The position numbers and the translations under genes are program-made. A model generated the notes under the pieces. The model was given only the letters and a program-made list of their open reading frames with translations, was not told the DNA's origin and made no database searches. This document shows, in pieces, positions 19,819 through 29,763 of a DNA stretch of 43,227 nt. Numbering within the stretch: the first letter of the stretch is position 1; each line of letters starts with the position of its first letter. The DNA lies in the sequence record SRR2962707_3453; one strand, 5' to 3'.

Positions 19819-21444
19819 ATGTTAAATGCGTCAGCCCATACAGACACTTTTGTGCGCGACAACCTCCCGCCTGTTGAGACATGGCCGGACCTTTTGCTGG
19901 ACGGGTTTGACTATCCGGATCAGCTTAATGCAGGATATGAGCTGACGGATGCCATGGTGGCCAAAGGGTTTGGCGATCATACAGCCCTGATCGGAAATGG
20001 CCGCCGTCGGACCTATAAAGAACTGACCGATTGGACCAACCGGATCGCGCATGTGCTTGTTGAGGATATGGGCGTTGAGCCAGGCAACCGTGTGATGATC
20101 CGATCTGCCAATAATCCAGCCATGGTCGCCTGTTGGCTTGCCGCGACCAAGGTGGGCGCTGTGGTGATCAACACGATGCCGATGCTACGCTCCGGAGAAC
20201 TCAGCAAATACGTTGAAAAGGCTGAGATTGCCTTTGCACTTTGTGATACGCGATTGATGGAAGAAATGGACGCCTGCGCTGCGGGAAGTCCGTTTCTTAA
20301 ACGGGTGATGGGCTTTGATGGTACATCCAATCACGAAGCTGAACTTGACCGTTTGGCGTTGGAAAAACCGGTTCAGTTTGCATCTGTCGAGACCCGGCAG
20401 GATGACGTGGCCCTTTTGGGGTTCACCTCGGGATCAACCGGGGATCCCAAGGCAACGATGCATTTTCACCGCGATCTTTTGATCATTGCGGATGGCTACG
20501 CCAAAGAGGTTCTGGGGGTCACGCCGGAAGATGTCTTTGTCGGATCGCCGCCGTTGGCGTTTACGTTTGGCCTCGGTGGTTTGGCGATTTTTCCTTTGCG
20601 CTTTGGGGCGGCGGCGACCTTGTTAGAGGCGGCCTCTCCACCAAACATGATTGAAATTATTGAAAAATATTGCGCAACCGTATGCTTTACTGCGCCTACG
20701 GCTTATCGTGCGATGATGCGGGCAATGGATGAAGGCGCTGATTTGTCGTCGTTGCGTGCAGCGGTGTCCGCTGGGGAAACCCTTCCTGCGCCTGTTTATG
20801 AAGAATGGCAGGCCAAGACCGGCAAACCTATGCTGGATGGGATTGGCGCGACAGAGATGTTGCACATCTTTATTTCCAACCGGTTTGACGATCACAGACC
20901 GGCCTGTACGGGCAAACCTGTTTCAGGCTACATCGCAAAAGTTGTCGGTCCGGATGGCGCAGAACTTCCGCGCGGTACGCCCGGACGGCTCGCGCTTAAG
21001 GGGCCAACAGGCTGTCGCTACTTGGGCGGGCAACGTCAGGAAGAATACGTTCAGGATGGCTGGAATATTTCCGGCGACACTTTTGTTCAGGATGAAGACG
21101 GGTATTTTCATTTCGCGGCGCGCAATGACGATATCATCGTATCCTCCGGGTACAACATTGCCGGTCCTGAAGTTGAAGCCGCGCTGCTTGCTCATGAGGT
21201 GGTGAGTGAATGTGCAGTCATCGGAGCCCCCAATGCGGATCGGGGATTTATCGTCGAAGCCCATATTATCCTGTCCGACGGCGTGCCGAAATCTGCGGAA
21301 CTGGCCAAGGCGCTTCAGGATCATGTGAAGTCTGTGATTGCACCCTTCAAATACCCGCGTAACATTGTCTTTGCCAATTCTTTGCCAAAGACGGCGACCG
21401 GGAAAATACAGCGCTTCGCATTGAAGCCAGGGGGAGAAAAGTAA
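19819..21444 (+). CDS. abmG: Aromatic acid-CoA ligase (2-aminobenzoate-CoA ligase-like, benzoate-CoA ligase family)
   Basis: SAHTDTFVRDNLPP N-terminus, AMP-binding FTSGSTGDPK, SAGE, DGIGATE, LPKTATGKIQR. Gene symbol from motif plus cluster context. Confidence 0.85.
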   Translation: MLNASAHTDTFVRDNLPPVETWPDLLLDGFDYPDQLNAGYELTDAMVAKGFGDHTALIGNGRRRTYKELTDWTNRIAHVLVEDMGVEPGNRVMIRSANNPAMVACWLAATKVGAVVINTMPMLRSGELSKYVEKAEIAFALCDTRLMEEMDACAAGSPFLKRVMGFDGTSNHEAELDRLALEKPVQFASVETRQDDVALLGFTSGSTGDPKATMHFHRDLLIIADGYAKEVLGVTPEDVFVGSPPLAFTFGLGGLAIFPLRFGAAATLLEAASPPNMIEIIEKYCATVCFTAPTAYRAMMRAMDEGADLSSLRAAVSAGETLPAPVYEEWQAKTGKPMLDGIGATEMLHIFISNRFDDHRPACTGKPVSGYIAKVVGPDGAELPRGTPGRLALKGPTGCRYLGGQRQEEYVQDGWNISGDTFVQDEDGYFHFAARNDDIIVSSGYNIAGPEVEAALLAHEVVSECAVIGAPNADRGFIVEAHIILSDGVPKSAELAKALQDHVKSVIAPFKYPRNIVFANSLPKTATGKIQRFALKPGGEK

Positions 21445-21541
21445 ACGGACGGCCCAGAATGTCGTTGCAGAGGTCAAACGCCTTCTCAACCAAAGAATTG
21501 AAAAAACAAAAAAATCCAACTCCACAACAGGGGAAACCATA

Positions 21542-22681
21542 ATGAAACTGAAGTCTCTTATCCTTTCGACTGCGCTTGCGGCACTTGCCGGCGGTGTAGC
21601 TGCTGCTGATGGTATCAAGGTCGGTATGATCACAACACTTTCCGGCGGAGGTGCCGGTTTGGGGATCGACGTGCGGGATGGCTTTATGCTCGCTATTGCA
21701 CAGTCTGGCCGAGACGATATCGAAGTGATCATCGAAGATGACCAACGTAAACCAGACGTTGCTGTGCAATTGGCGGATCGTCTGATCCAGTCAGAAGACG
21801 TAGATGTGATGACTGGTATCATTTGGTCGAACCTTGCGATGGCTGTTGTTCCATCAACGGTTGCGCAAGGCCGGTTCTACCTGTCGCCAAACGCGGGTCC
21901 ATCTGCCTTGGCCGGTAAAGGGTGCCACCAAAACTACTTTAACGTCGCATGGCAGAACGATGGCCTGCATGAAGCCGGCGGCGCCTATGCTAATTCGGCC
22001 GATTACAACAACTCCTTTATTCTCGCACCAAATTACCCAGCGGGTAAAGACGCGCTGGCTGGATATCGCCGTATGTATGACGGAGAGTTGGCAGGTGAAA
22101 TCTTTACCAAACTAGGTCAGACAGACTATGCCGCTGAAATCGCCCAAATTCGTGCGTCGGGTGCAGACAGCGTATACTTCTTCCTGCCGGGTGGGATGGG
22201 AATTTCTTTCCTGAAACAATATGCCAACAGCGGTGTTGATATTCCGTTGATCGGGCCTGCGTTCTCTTTTGATCAGGGTATTCTCCAGGCTGTGGGTGCA
22301 GCGGCTTTGGGCGTTGTAAACACTTCGCAGTGGGGCAAGGATATCGACAACGAAACCAATGCGGCCTTTGTCGAAAGCTTTTCTGCAGAATATGGTCGTC
22401 TGCCATCGCTTTATGCAAGCCAAGGGTTTGACACCGCTAACTTGCTAATCTCGGCCGTTGATGTGGCTAGCCCAGATGATGCAGATGCGTTCCGTGCCGC
22501 TTTGGAAGCCGCGAACTTTAGCAGCACACGCGGCGACTTTGCCTTTGGGTCGAACCATCACCCGATCCAAGACATCTATGTGCGTGAAGTCGTGCAAGAA
22601 GGAGACGTCTTTACCAATAAAATCATTGGATTGGCGCTCGAAGATCACGGTGACGTCTACGCGGCCGACTGTTCATTCTAA
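21542..22681 (+). CDS. ABC transporter substrate-binding protein (LivJ-type, aromatic acid binding)
   Basis: Sec signal, KVGMITTLSG, EDDQRKPD, APNYPAGKD, QTDYAAEIAQIR. Confidence 0.92.
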   Translation: MKLKSLILSTALAALAGGVAAADGIKVGMITTLSGGGAGLGIDVRDGFMLAIAQSGRDDIEVIIEDDQRKPDVAVQLADRLIQSEDVDVMTGIIWSNLAMAVVPSTVAQGRFYLSPNAGPSALAGKGCHQNYFNVAWQNDGLHEAGGAYANSADYNNSFILAPNYPAGKDALAGYRRMYDGELAGEIFTKLGQTDYAAEIAQIRASGADSVYFFLPGGMGISFLKQYANSGVDIPLIGPAFSFDQGILQAVGAAALGVVNTSQWGKDIDNETNAAFVESFSAEYGRLPSLYASQGFDTANLLISAVDVASPDDADAFRAALEAANFSSTRGDFAFGSNHHPIQDIYVREVVQEGDVFTNKIIGLALEDHGDVYAADCSF

Positions 22682-22692
22682 ACCAGAATGTG

Positions 22693-22718
22693 ACCAGGTT
22701 CGCCAAGGCGGACCTGGT
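22693..22718 (+). other. Intercistronic stem-loop after substrate-binding gene
   Basis: ACCAGGTTCGC-CAAG-GCGGACCTGGT; typical position for an mRNA-stabilising hairpin in ABC operons. Confidence 0.55.
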
Positions 22719-22738
22719 TGCCGTAGGATTATCCCAAA

Positions 22739-23659
22739 ATGTCCACAATATTGATTATCGAACAAGTCCTGAACGGGCTTCAGTTTGGTGTGATGCTGTT
22801 TTTAATGGCCGCCGGATTGACCCTGATTTTTGGGGTCATGGGTCTGATTAATCTCGCCCATGGGTCCCTTTATATGATCGGCGCCTTTGCTGCCGCGGCG
22901 GTTGCCGGTTTGACGGGTTCTTTTGTGTTGGCTCTGATCGCCGCTATGGCGGCGGCTGCCATCGCAGGCGTTCTGGTCGAAACATTGGTGATCCGTAGGC
23001 TCTATGCCACTGATCACTTGGATCAGGTGTTGGCGACATTTGCGTTGATCCTCATCTTTTCAGAAGGCACGCGGTGGGTCTTTGGATCTTTCCCGTTGTT
23101 TCTGGATATCCCCAGCTACCTCTCCGGGCCTGTAACCTTGCCCGGCGGGATCGAATACCCGCTTTATCGTCTGGTCTTGATCTGCGCCGGTCTTTTGGTG
23201 GCAGCGGGTCTGGGGCTGTTGATCACGCGAACGCGCATCGGTATCCAAATCCGCGCCGGCGAGAATGACCGCGAAATGATCGCAGCACTTGGTGTCGATA
23301 TTTCCAAGCTTTATACAATGATTTTTGCCCTCGGTGCAGCTTTGGCCGGACTGGCCGGCGCCTTGGTTGGCGCGATCCAGTCTGTCCAGGTTGGCATGGG
23401 GGAACCTGTCCTGATCCTTGCATTCGTGACCATTGTGATCGGTGGGATTGGTTCGATCAAAGGAGCGCTGATTGGCGCGCTATTGGTCGGGTTAACCGAC
23501 ACGCTAGGCAGTATCTTTCTTCCAGAGCTCTTCAAGCTCTTCATGGAGCCGTCCGCAGCGCAGACCTCAGGATCTGCTGTGGCGTCGATGGCGATTTATA
23601 TCCTGATGGGGGCTGTATTGATTTGGCGGCCAACGGGCCTGTTTGGAGCACGCACATGA
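22739..23659 (+). CDS. Branched-chain-type ABC transporter permease (LivH-like)
   Basis: GLTLIFGVMGLINLAHG, multiple TM helices, IGGIGS. Confidence 0.92.
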   Translation: MSTILIIEQVLNGLQFGVMLFLMAAGLTLIFGVMGLINLAHGSLYMIGAFAAAAVAGLTGSFVLALIAAMAAAAIAGVLVETLVIRRLYATDHLDQVLATFALILIFSEGTRWVFGSFPLFLDIPSYLSGPVTLPGGIEYPLYRLVLICAGLLVAAGLGLLITRTRIGIQIRAGENDREMIAALGVDISKLYTMIFALGAALAGLAGALVGAIQSVQVGMGEPVLILAFVTIVIGGIGSIKGALIGALLVGLTDTLGSIFLPELFKLFMEPSAAQTSGSAVASMAIYILMGAVLIWRPTGLFGART

Positions 23660-24639
23660 TCAAGGAAACATATCTGAACACGCTCGTTCTGGGCCTCTTG
23701 CTGGCGGTGCCGCTGTGGGCATTGGTTGCGGATGAACCCTTTACCATTACCTTGGCCACCCGCGCGGTTATCTTTGCCTTGGCGGCGGTTGGGTTGAATA
23801 TTGCCCTAGGGCTTGGCGGTCTGGTCAGTCTGGGGCATGCACTCTTCTTTGGGATCGGCGGGTATGCCATGGGCATTCTGGCATTTCACGCTCAGACCTA
23901 TACGCCCCTGATAGACGGTGCATTTGTGATCGAAGGCACCAAGTCCATGCCAGTAATCTGGTTGGTGGCCATGGTGCTTTCAGGCATTGTTGCGTTGTTG
24001 GTTGGGCTGTTGTCGTTGCGCACATCCGGTGTTTATTTCATCATGATCACCTTGGCCTTTGGGCAGATGTTCTACTTCTTTTCAATCAGTTGGTCCGCCT
24101 ACGGGGGCGAAGACGGTCTGTCGATCTATGTCCGAAACAGTTTTCCGGGGTTGAATACACTGGTGCCGTTCAGCTTTTTCAGCATCTGTTTTGTCATCCT
24201 ATGCGTGGTTCTTCTTCTTAATGCTTTGATGGCGCGGTCTCCGTTCGGATTGGCATTGAATGCAGCGCGCCAAGTGCCGCAGCGGGTTCAAACCGTTGGG
24301 TTAGATCCGCAGCGCCTAAAGCTGGCTGCCTTTGTGATTTCTGGTGTCGTGACGGGTTTGGCAGGGGCACTGTTTGCCGATTTGAACCGATTTGTTAGTC
24401 CGACAATGTTCAGCTGGCAGATGTCCGGCGAGATCATGATCTTTGTGATCCTTGGCGGTGTTGCCCGACTTTGTGGGCCGGTCGTCGGCGCGGTGGTTTT
24501 TGTGGTGCTTGAACATTTTCTTGGCGGGCTCAGCGAATATTGGCACATCTACCTCGGGGTTCTGTTGCTAATGGTCGTCTTGTTTGCGCGCGGCGGTTTG
24601 GTTGGACTTATTGCGGGACGGGAGGTGTCACATGACTAA
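23656..24639 (+). CDS. Branched-chain-type ABC transporter permease (LivM-like)
   Basis: GLVSLGHALFFGIGGY, YFIMITLAFGQM, GGEDG; start at ATG 23656 (ATGA overlap). Confidence 0.92.
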   Translation: MIKETYLNTLVLGLLLAVPLWALVADEPFTITLATRAVIFALAAVGLNIALGLGGLVSLGHALFFGIGGYAMGILAFHAQTYTPLIDGAFVIEGTKSMPVIWLVAMVLSGIVALLVGLLSLRTSGVYFIMITLAFGQMFYFFSISWSAYGGEDGLSIYVRNSFPGLNTLVPFSFFSICFVILCVVLLLNALMARSPFGLALNAARQVPQRVQTVGLDPQRLKLAAFVISGVVTGLAGALFADLNRFVSPTMFSWQMSGEIMIFVILGGVARLCGPVVGAVVFVVLEHFLGGLSEYWHIYLGVLLLMVVLFARGGLVGLIAGREVSHD

Positions 24640-25384
24640 ACCCATCTTGGCGACGCATAATCTGGAAAAGACGTTTGGGGCGCTGAAAGCCACAGACAAA
24701 GTATCGATTGATCTGTTTCCCGGAGAGATTCATGCGGTGATTGGCCCAAACGGGGCCGGGAAATCGACCCTGATTTCGCAGATCTGTGGTGGATTGGTGC
24801 CCGACGCTGGACGGGTTGAGCTTATGGGCCGCGATGTAACCCACACCAACACCAGAACGCGGGCCAAAGCCGGTATTGGAAGGACATTTCAGATCTCGGC
24901 TTTGGCGATGGAAGACACGGTTTTACAAAACGTTCTGTTGGGCGCTTTGGGGGCTTCAGGATCGCCCTGGCGGTTCTTACGTCCTGCTTTGGGGGATCGG
25001 GCTTTGCGAGAAAAGGCAGAAGCCGCCTTGCATCGGGTTGGACTGGAAAACCACGCGGCCTCTCGCACGTCTGAGCTCAGCCATGGTCAACGGCGCCAAC
25101 TAGAGGTGGCCGTCGCGCTGACATTGGAGCCCAAGGCCTTTGTCATGGATGAACCTATGGCGGGTCTTGGCGCCGAAGGCTCAAAGACCCTAACAGGGTT
25201 TTTGGACGGATTGCGCGACCAGGCACCGATCTTGCTGGTGGAACATGACATGGATGCCGTCTTTGCCTTGGCGGACCGGATCAGTGTGTTGGTCTATGGC
25301 CAGATTATCGAAACAGGCACGGTTGATCATATCAGATCCAGCAAGGCCGTCCGAGAGGCCTATTTAGGAGACGGGCATGAGTGA
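24632..25384 (+). CDS. ABC transporter ATP-binding protein (LivG-like)
   Basis: Walker A GPNGAGKS, LSHGQRR, MDEP, VEHDM; start at ATG 24632 behind GGAGG. Confidence 0.93.
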   Translation: MTKPILATHNLEKTFGALKATDKVSIDLFPGEIHAVIGPNGAGKSTLISQICGGLVPDAGRVELMGRDVTHTNTRTRAKAGIGRTFQISALAMEDTVLQNVLLGALGASGSPWRFLRPALGDRALREKAEAALHRVGLENHAASRTSELSHGQRRQLEVAVALTLEPKAFVMDEPMAGLGAEGSKTLTGFLDGLRDQAPILLVEHDMDAVFALADRISVLVYGQIIETGTVDHIRSSKAVREAYLGDGHE

Positions 25385-26066
25385 TCTTCTGACATTGCAG
25401 AATGTCTCGGCGAGCTATGGCTCTTCCAAAGCGCTGTTCGGTGTTGATCTCACTGTGGCAGAAGGGGAAGTGGTTGCGCTGATGGGGCGAAACGGGATGG
25501 GCAAAAGCACCACCGTTAAGACCATTTGCCGGATGATGCCGGCCTCTGGCCAGATCCTGTTTGACGGGCAGGACCTAAGCCGTTTCGCGAGCTATCAGGC
25601 CGCGCGTTTGGGCATTGGACTGGTTCCCGAAGGTCGTCGTTGTTTTGCTGATCTGACCGTGACAGAGAACCTGATCGCAGCGGCCAAAAGTGGTCCGTGG
25701 GACTTGGCACGCGTAACAGAGCTGTTTCCACGGTTGGGCGAGCGAAAAGCACAACGTGCCAATACCCTTTCGGGAGGCGAACAACAGATGTTGGCCGTCG
25801 GCCGTGCGCTGATGACCAACCCTCGACTGTTGATTTTGGATGAGGCGACCGAGGGGCTTGCCCCGATCATTCGTCAGGAAATCTGGAGCGCGATTGCTTT
25901 GCTCAAGGCGGAAACGGGGATGGCCATTGTCGTGATCGACAAATCCTTAGCCGAGCTGCGTCAAGTGTGTGATCGGGCCTGCATTCTGGAACGCGGCAAG
26001 ACCGTTTGGTCCGGCAATATGAATGACCTGACGTCTGATCTTTCTGAACGTTTGATTGGGGTTTGA
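25377..26066 (+). CDS. ABC transporter ATP-binding protein (LivF-like)
   Basis: GRNGMGKS, VPEGRR, LSGGEQQM, ILDE. Confidence 0.93.
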   Translation: MSDLLTLQNVSASYGSSKALFGVDLTVAEGEVVALMGRNGMGKSTTVKTICRMMPASGQILFDGQDLSRFASYQAARLGIGLVPEGRRCFADLTVTENLIAAAKSGPWDLARVTELFPRLGERKAQRANTLSGGEQQMLAVGRALMTNPRLLILDEATEGLAPIIRQEIWSAIALLKAETGMAIVVIDKSLAELRQVCDRACILERGKTVWSGNMNDLTSDLSERLIGV

Positions 26067-26069
26067 CCT

Positions 26070-26474
26070 ATGTTTGAAATGCGGCAAAAGGTGCTCTTCA
26101 AGCATTGTGATCCGGCGGGGATCGTCTTTTTTCCGCGGTACTTTGAGATGATGAACGATTGCGTTGAGGCCTTTTTCGACGAGGTTTTGCACTGGCCCTT
26201 TGAAAGCCTGCTTCATACGGCAGGTATTCCGACGGCCAGTATTGCGACAACCTTTACAGCACCAAGCCGTCATGGCGATCAGTTGCTCTTGCAGCTTGAT
26301 ATTACCCGTATCGGACGGGCGAGCATTGACTATGTCATGACCACAACCTGTGGGGAAGAAAAGCGGTTTGAGACCAAAGCGACGTTGGTTTACGTCGACA
26401 AAACCGGAAAATCTGCCCCGCTTCCAGATGAGGCCAGACAGCGCCTCTTAGACTTCAATAAGGTGACCACATGA
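26070..26474 (+). CDS. Acyl-CoA thioesterase (4-hydroxybenzoyl-CoA thioesterase family)
   Basis: F.HCDPAGIVFFPRYF hot-dog-fold motif. Confidence 0.9.
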   Translation: MFEMRQKVLFKHCDPAGIVFFPRYFEMMNDCVEAFFDEVLHWPFESLLHTAGIPTASIATTFTAPSRHGDQLLLQLDITRIGRASIDYVMTTTCGEEKRFETKATLVYVDKTGKSAPLPDEARQRLLDFNKVTT

Positions 26475-26866
26475 CCCATAAAACGATCCATCCAGAAGGC
26501 TGGGCCCCAGCACTTGGCTATGCGAATGGGATGCTGACCAAGGACGGTACTCTTCACATCGGCGGTCAGATTGGTTGGGATAAAGATCAGGTCTTTGTGT
26601 CAAAAGAGTTTGTCCCACAAATGCGCCAAGCGCTGCAAAACATCGCCGATATCGTCGTCGCCGCAGGTGGGGTCCCGTCGGATGTCGTGCGCTTGACGTG
26701 GTTTGTCACGGATAAGAAGGCCTATCTTGCAAACCAACGCGCTGTTGGACAAGCCTATCGCGATGTCTTTGGTAAGCATTTTCCAGCGATGTCGATGCTG
26801 GTCATTTCGGGTTTGGTCGAAGACGACGCACTTGTGGAAATAGAAGCGACGGCACAGCTGTCTTAA
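26471..26866 (+). CDS. Rid (YjgF/YER057c/UK114) family protein lacking the catalytic Arg
   Basis: GYANG, IGGQIG, FPAMS (Met at the usual FPARS Arg position), LVEIEATA. Confidence 0.88.
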   Translation: MTHKTIHPEGWAPALGYANGMLTKDGTLHIGGQIGWDKDQVFVSKEFVPQMRQALQNIADIVVAAGGVPSDVVRLTWFVTDKKAYLANQRAVGQAYRDVFGKHFPAMSMLVISGLVEDDALVEIEATAQLS

Positions 26867-26896
26867 CCAATCTGCGTATCACAAACACTGTTTGCC

Positions 26897-26932
26897 GCCC
26901 TGCCGAGGTAAATCCCGGCAGGGTGTTTTTTA
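26897..26932 (+). terminator. Rho-independent terminator of the aryl-CoA operon
   Basis: GCCCTGCCG-loop-CGGCAGGGT followed by GTTTTTTATT. Confidence 0.75.
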
Positions 26933-27081
26933 TTCTGTGCCGCACAAGTAGAGATACATTCTGCACCAAGGCAGGCTTGGACAATCCACCGTATTCTCGG
27001 CATAGATAAAGGAGGTGTGGGAAATGCGGTTTTGACACATGCTGAAACGCGCAACCTTGGGGCAGGGGCTGACATGAATTC

Positions 27082-28308
27082 TTGGATACTGCGATCGGTT
27101 ATTTTGGCCTGTTGTCCACGACCGCTAGGCTTTGGGTCGTGAACGATCCTGTGTCACGGCCTTGGCTTGTTCTGGCGGGATTGGCGCTCGGTGTGACGGT
27201 CACCAATGGATTTGCCCGTTTTGCCTATGGGTTGCTGTTGCCGGCCATGAAGTTCGAGATGGGATGGAATTACGCACAAGCTGGTTGGTTAAACACGGCG
27301 AATGCGCTTGGCTATATTGCCGGGGCGATCTTCACCATGGTGTTTATCCGACGCATTTCACCGACGCGGCTTTTCACTTTTGGCCTGATTGCTACGGTGC
27401 TTGCCCTTTTGGCGACGGGTCTGAACGCGGCCTTGTTGTGGCAAACGGTGTGGCGGGTGTTGGCTGGTGTTTTTGGAGCAATGTCCTTTTCGACGGCAGG
27501 CGTGCTGGTGTCTGGCTTGTTTCAGAACGACCCGCGCCGAAATGCACTGGCCATCGCCATCCTTTTTGGCTCTGGCGGTGGATTGGGCATCGCGCTGGCC
27601 GGAGCGGTCCTCCCCATTATGCTCGATATCTATGGTACGGCAGCGTGGACCTTTGGCTGGATCATAATCGGCGCTCTAAGCCTTGCCTGCCTCCCACTAA
27701 GCCTTTGGGCCGTCGCGCAATTACGTACACCTAAGCAATTTGTCGATAAACCACGTCCTTTGCCGATTAGAAGGATGCTACCAGAACTGGCGGGATATGC
27801 GGGATTTGGGCTGGGCTATATCGTCTACCTCACCTTCTTGTCCGCATGGATGACGGAACAGGATGCAGATGCGAGGTTCATTGCTCTCGTTTGGGTTCTG
27901 CTGGGGGCGTGCATCTGTCTGTCCCCTCTGGTCTGGCGACCGATCTTGGCGCGTTTCGCTTCTGGAGTGCCCCTCGCCATGGTTTTGGTCGGCATTGCGA
28001 TTGGGTCGGCGCTTCCGGTTTTGGTGCCGGGGGGATTGGTCCTAGTAATCTCGGCTGCTGTGTTTGGCCTGTCTGTTTTCATTGCTCCGGGGGCAATCAC
28101 GAATTTCACCCGCCAGAACCTGCCCCCCGAAAGTTGGGGGCGGTCAATAAGTTTGTTTACGGTCGTCTTTTCGATTGCCCAAACACTCGGGCCATATGGT
28201 GCGGGGCTGGTCGGAGACGTCTTCGACAATATCGGGGTCAGCCTTTTGGCGGCGGCGGGTCTGTTGTTGTTGGGCGCGCTTGTCGCCGCCTTTCAAAAAC
28301 CCCTTTGA
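27082..28308 (+). CDS. MFS transporter (YbfB/YjiJ family)
   Basis: NGFARFAYGLLLPAM...AGWLNTANALGY motif, about 12 TM helices. Start more likely GTG 27139. Confidence 0.88.
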   Translation: MDTAIGYFGLLSTTARLWVVNDPVSRPWLVLAGLALGVTVTNGFARFAYGLLLPAMKFEMGWNYAQAGWLNTANALGYIAGAIFTMVFIRRISPTRLFTFGLIATVLALLATGLNAALLWQTVWRVLAGVFGAMSFSTAGVLVSGLFQNDPRRNALAIAILFGSGGGLGIALAGAVLPIMLDIYGTAAWTFGWIIIGALSLACLPLSLWAVAQLRTPKQFVDKPRPLPIRRMLPELAGYAGFGLGYIVYLTFLSAWMTEQDADARFIALVWVLLGACICLSPLVWRPILARFASGVPLAMVLVGIAIGSALPVLVPGGLVLVISAAVFGLSVFIAPGAITNFTRQNLPPESWGRSISLFTVVFSIAQTLGPYGAGLVGDVFDNIGVSLLAAAGLLLLGALVAAFQKPL

Positions 28309-28968
28309 GCGGGACCGCCGACAGGGCAAAATCCTCCGTGCTGGCGTTGTCCTAGCTCACTGGTCGTGAAACGCATCTCTTGGCTTGGAGGTGCGTCGGG
28401 TTTTCCGAGCCTTTTAAGGGCACGACGCATATACCGTTTGGGCCGGGTAAGCACTTTAGTGGAAACAGCCTTCGTCGTTGAGATCAGAGCCGTTGAAGCC
28501 AGATCACCGGGAATAATCACCAACTTCCCTTACGGAAATTATGTGATTCATTTAAGAAATTGATTTTTAATGAAAATAATTTGTTCTTTTAGATCTTTTG
28601 GGGGATGCTTACCCCGGAAATAGGGCCTTATATCAATCTTATTCACGTAGATGCAGACAAAAGAGTTGCGATGTTGACCTATCCAATACAGTCTGTTGCA
28701 TGTTTTAAAAACGTACCTTTGTTGCAAAAAGGGGGATGTCGATCGGCATCGTGACCCTGCAACATCGGAACGCGCGCTTGTTACCCGGCATGGTGTGTCG
28801 GTCTCTTTCGTTCCTTTGATTTCCATTCTTCGCCCACGGATCGTTGCGGATCATGGGCGCGTCTTGCTTACATTCGTAAACGTTTGGATCACCCAAACAG
28901 GTTTCGGCGCCAACGCCTGTTTTATACTGCTTTAAGGGCCGGTTTTCCGGTCAGGAAGGACGCTTGGT

Positions 28969-29721
28969 ATGAGTGAGCCGATGATCCTGATAGAGTCTGT
29001 CAACAAGACCTATCACCTGAAGACACGGCCTGAGCCTGTGCGTGCTCTGGATAATGTCAGCAACAGAATTGATGCGGGCGAAGTGGTCGTTGTGATCGGT
29101 CCCTCAGGTTCTGGAAAGTCGACACTGCTGCGATCATTGAACGGTTTACAGGACGTGGATTCAGGTCGAATCGTCATTGATGGCCAAGACGTGACGGACA
29201 AGAAAACAGACATCAACAAACTGCGCTCCAAAGTCGGTATGGTGTTTCAGCACTTCAACTTGTTCCAGCACAAAACTGCGCTGGAAAACATCGTGATGCC
29301 TCAGATGATCGTCGCGAAACGATCCCGCAAAGAGGCCGAAGACATTGCAAACGACTTGCTTAAGAAAGTTGGCATCCCGGATCGCGGCAACAACTACCCG
29401 TCGATGTTGTCAGGAGGGCAGCAGCAGCGTGTGGCAATCGCACGATCCTTGGCGATGAAACCCAAAGTGATGCTGTTTGATGAGGCAACGTCGGCGCTTG
29501 ATCCGGAAACCGTGGGCGGTGTCCTTGAATTAATGCGCCAGCTGGCGGCGGATGGCATGACCATGGCGGTTGTGACCCACGAAATGGGGTTTGCGCGCGA
29601 AGCTGCGGACCGTGTGATCTTTATGGATGAGGGCAAAATTATCGAGGAAAACACCCCTGATAATTTCTTTGACAATCCTCAATCCGACCGGGCGCAGAAC
29701 TTCCTGCGTCAAATTCTCTGA
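28969..29721 (+). CDS. Polar amino acid ABC transporter ATP-binding protein (GlnQ-like)
   Basis: [41 protein letters not shown]. Confidence 0.95.
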   Translation: MSEPMILIESVNKTYHLKTRPEPVRALDNVSNRIDAGEVVVVIGPSGSGKSTLLRSLNGLQDVDSGRIVIDGQDVTDKKTDINKLRSKVGMVFQHFNLFQHKTALENIVMPQMIVAKRSRKEAEDIANDLLKKVGIPDRGNNYPSMLSGGQQQRVAIARSLAMKPKVMLFDEATSALDPETVGGVLELMRQLAADGMTMAVVTHEMGFAREAADRVIFMDEGKIIEENTPDNFFDNPQSDRAQNFLRQIL

Positions 29722-29763
29722 CAATAAGAACTAAGAAAAACAAACGAATAAGGGAGAAAACGA

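Noticed and set aside
28293-28523. 76-aa minus-strand ORF downstream of the MFS gene with a purine-rich upstream stretch
   Set aside because: No recognisable domain and overlaps the MFS stop; insufficient evidence.
28725-28770. Loose resemblance to a cobalamin riboswitch core (AAAGGG...CCCTGCAAC)
   Set aside because: Lacks AGGGAA, the GCCACTG element and the B12 box; downstream genes are not B12-related.
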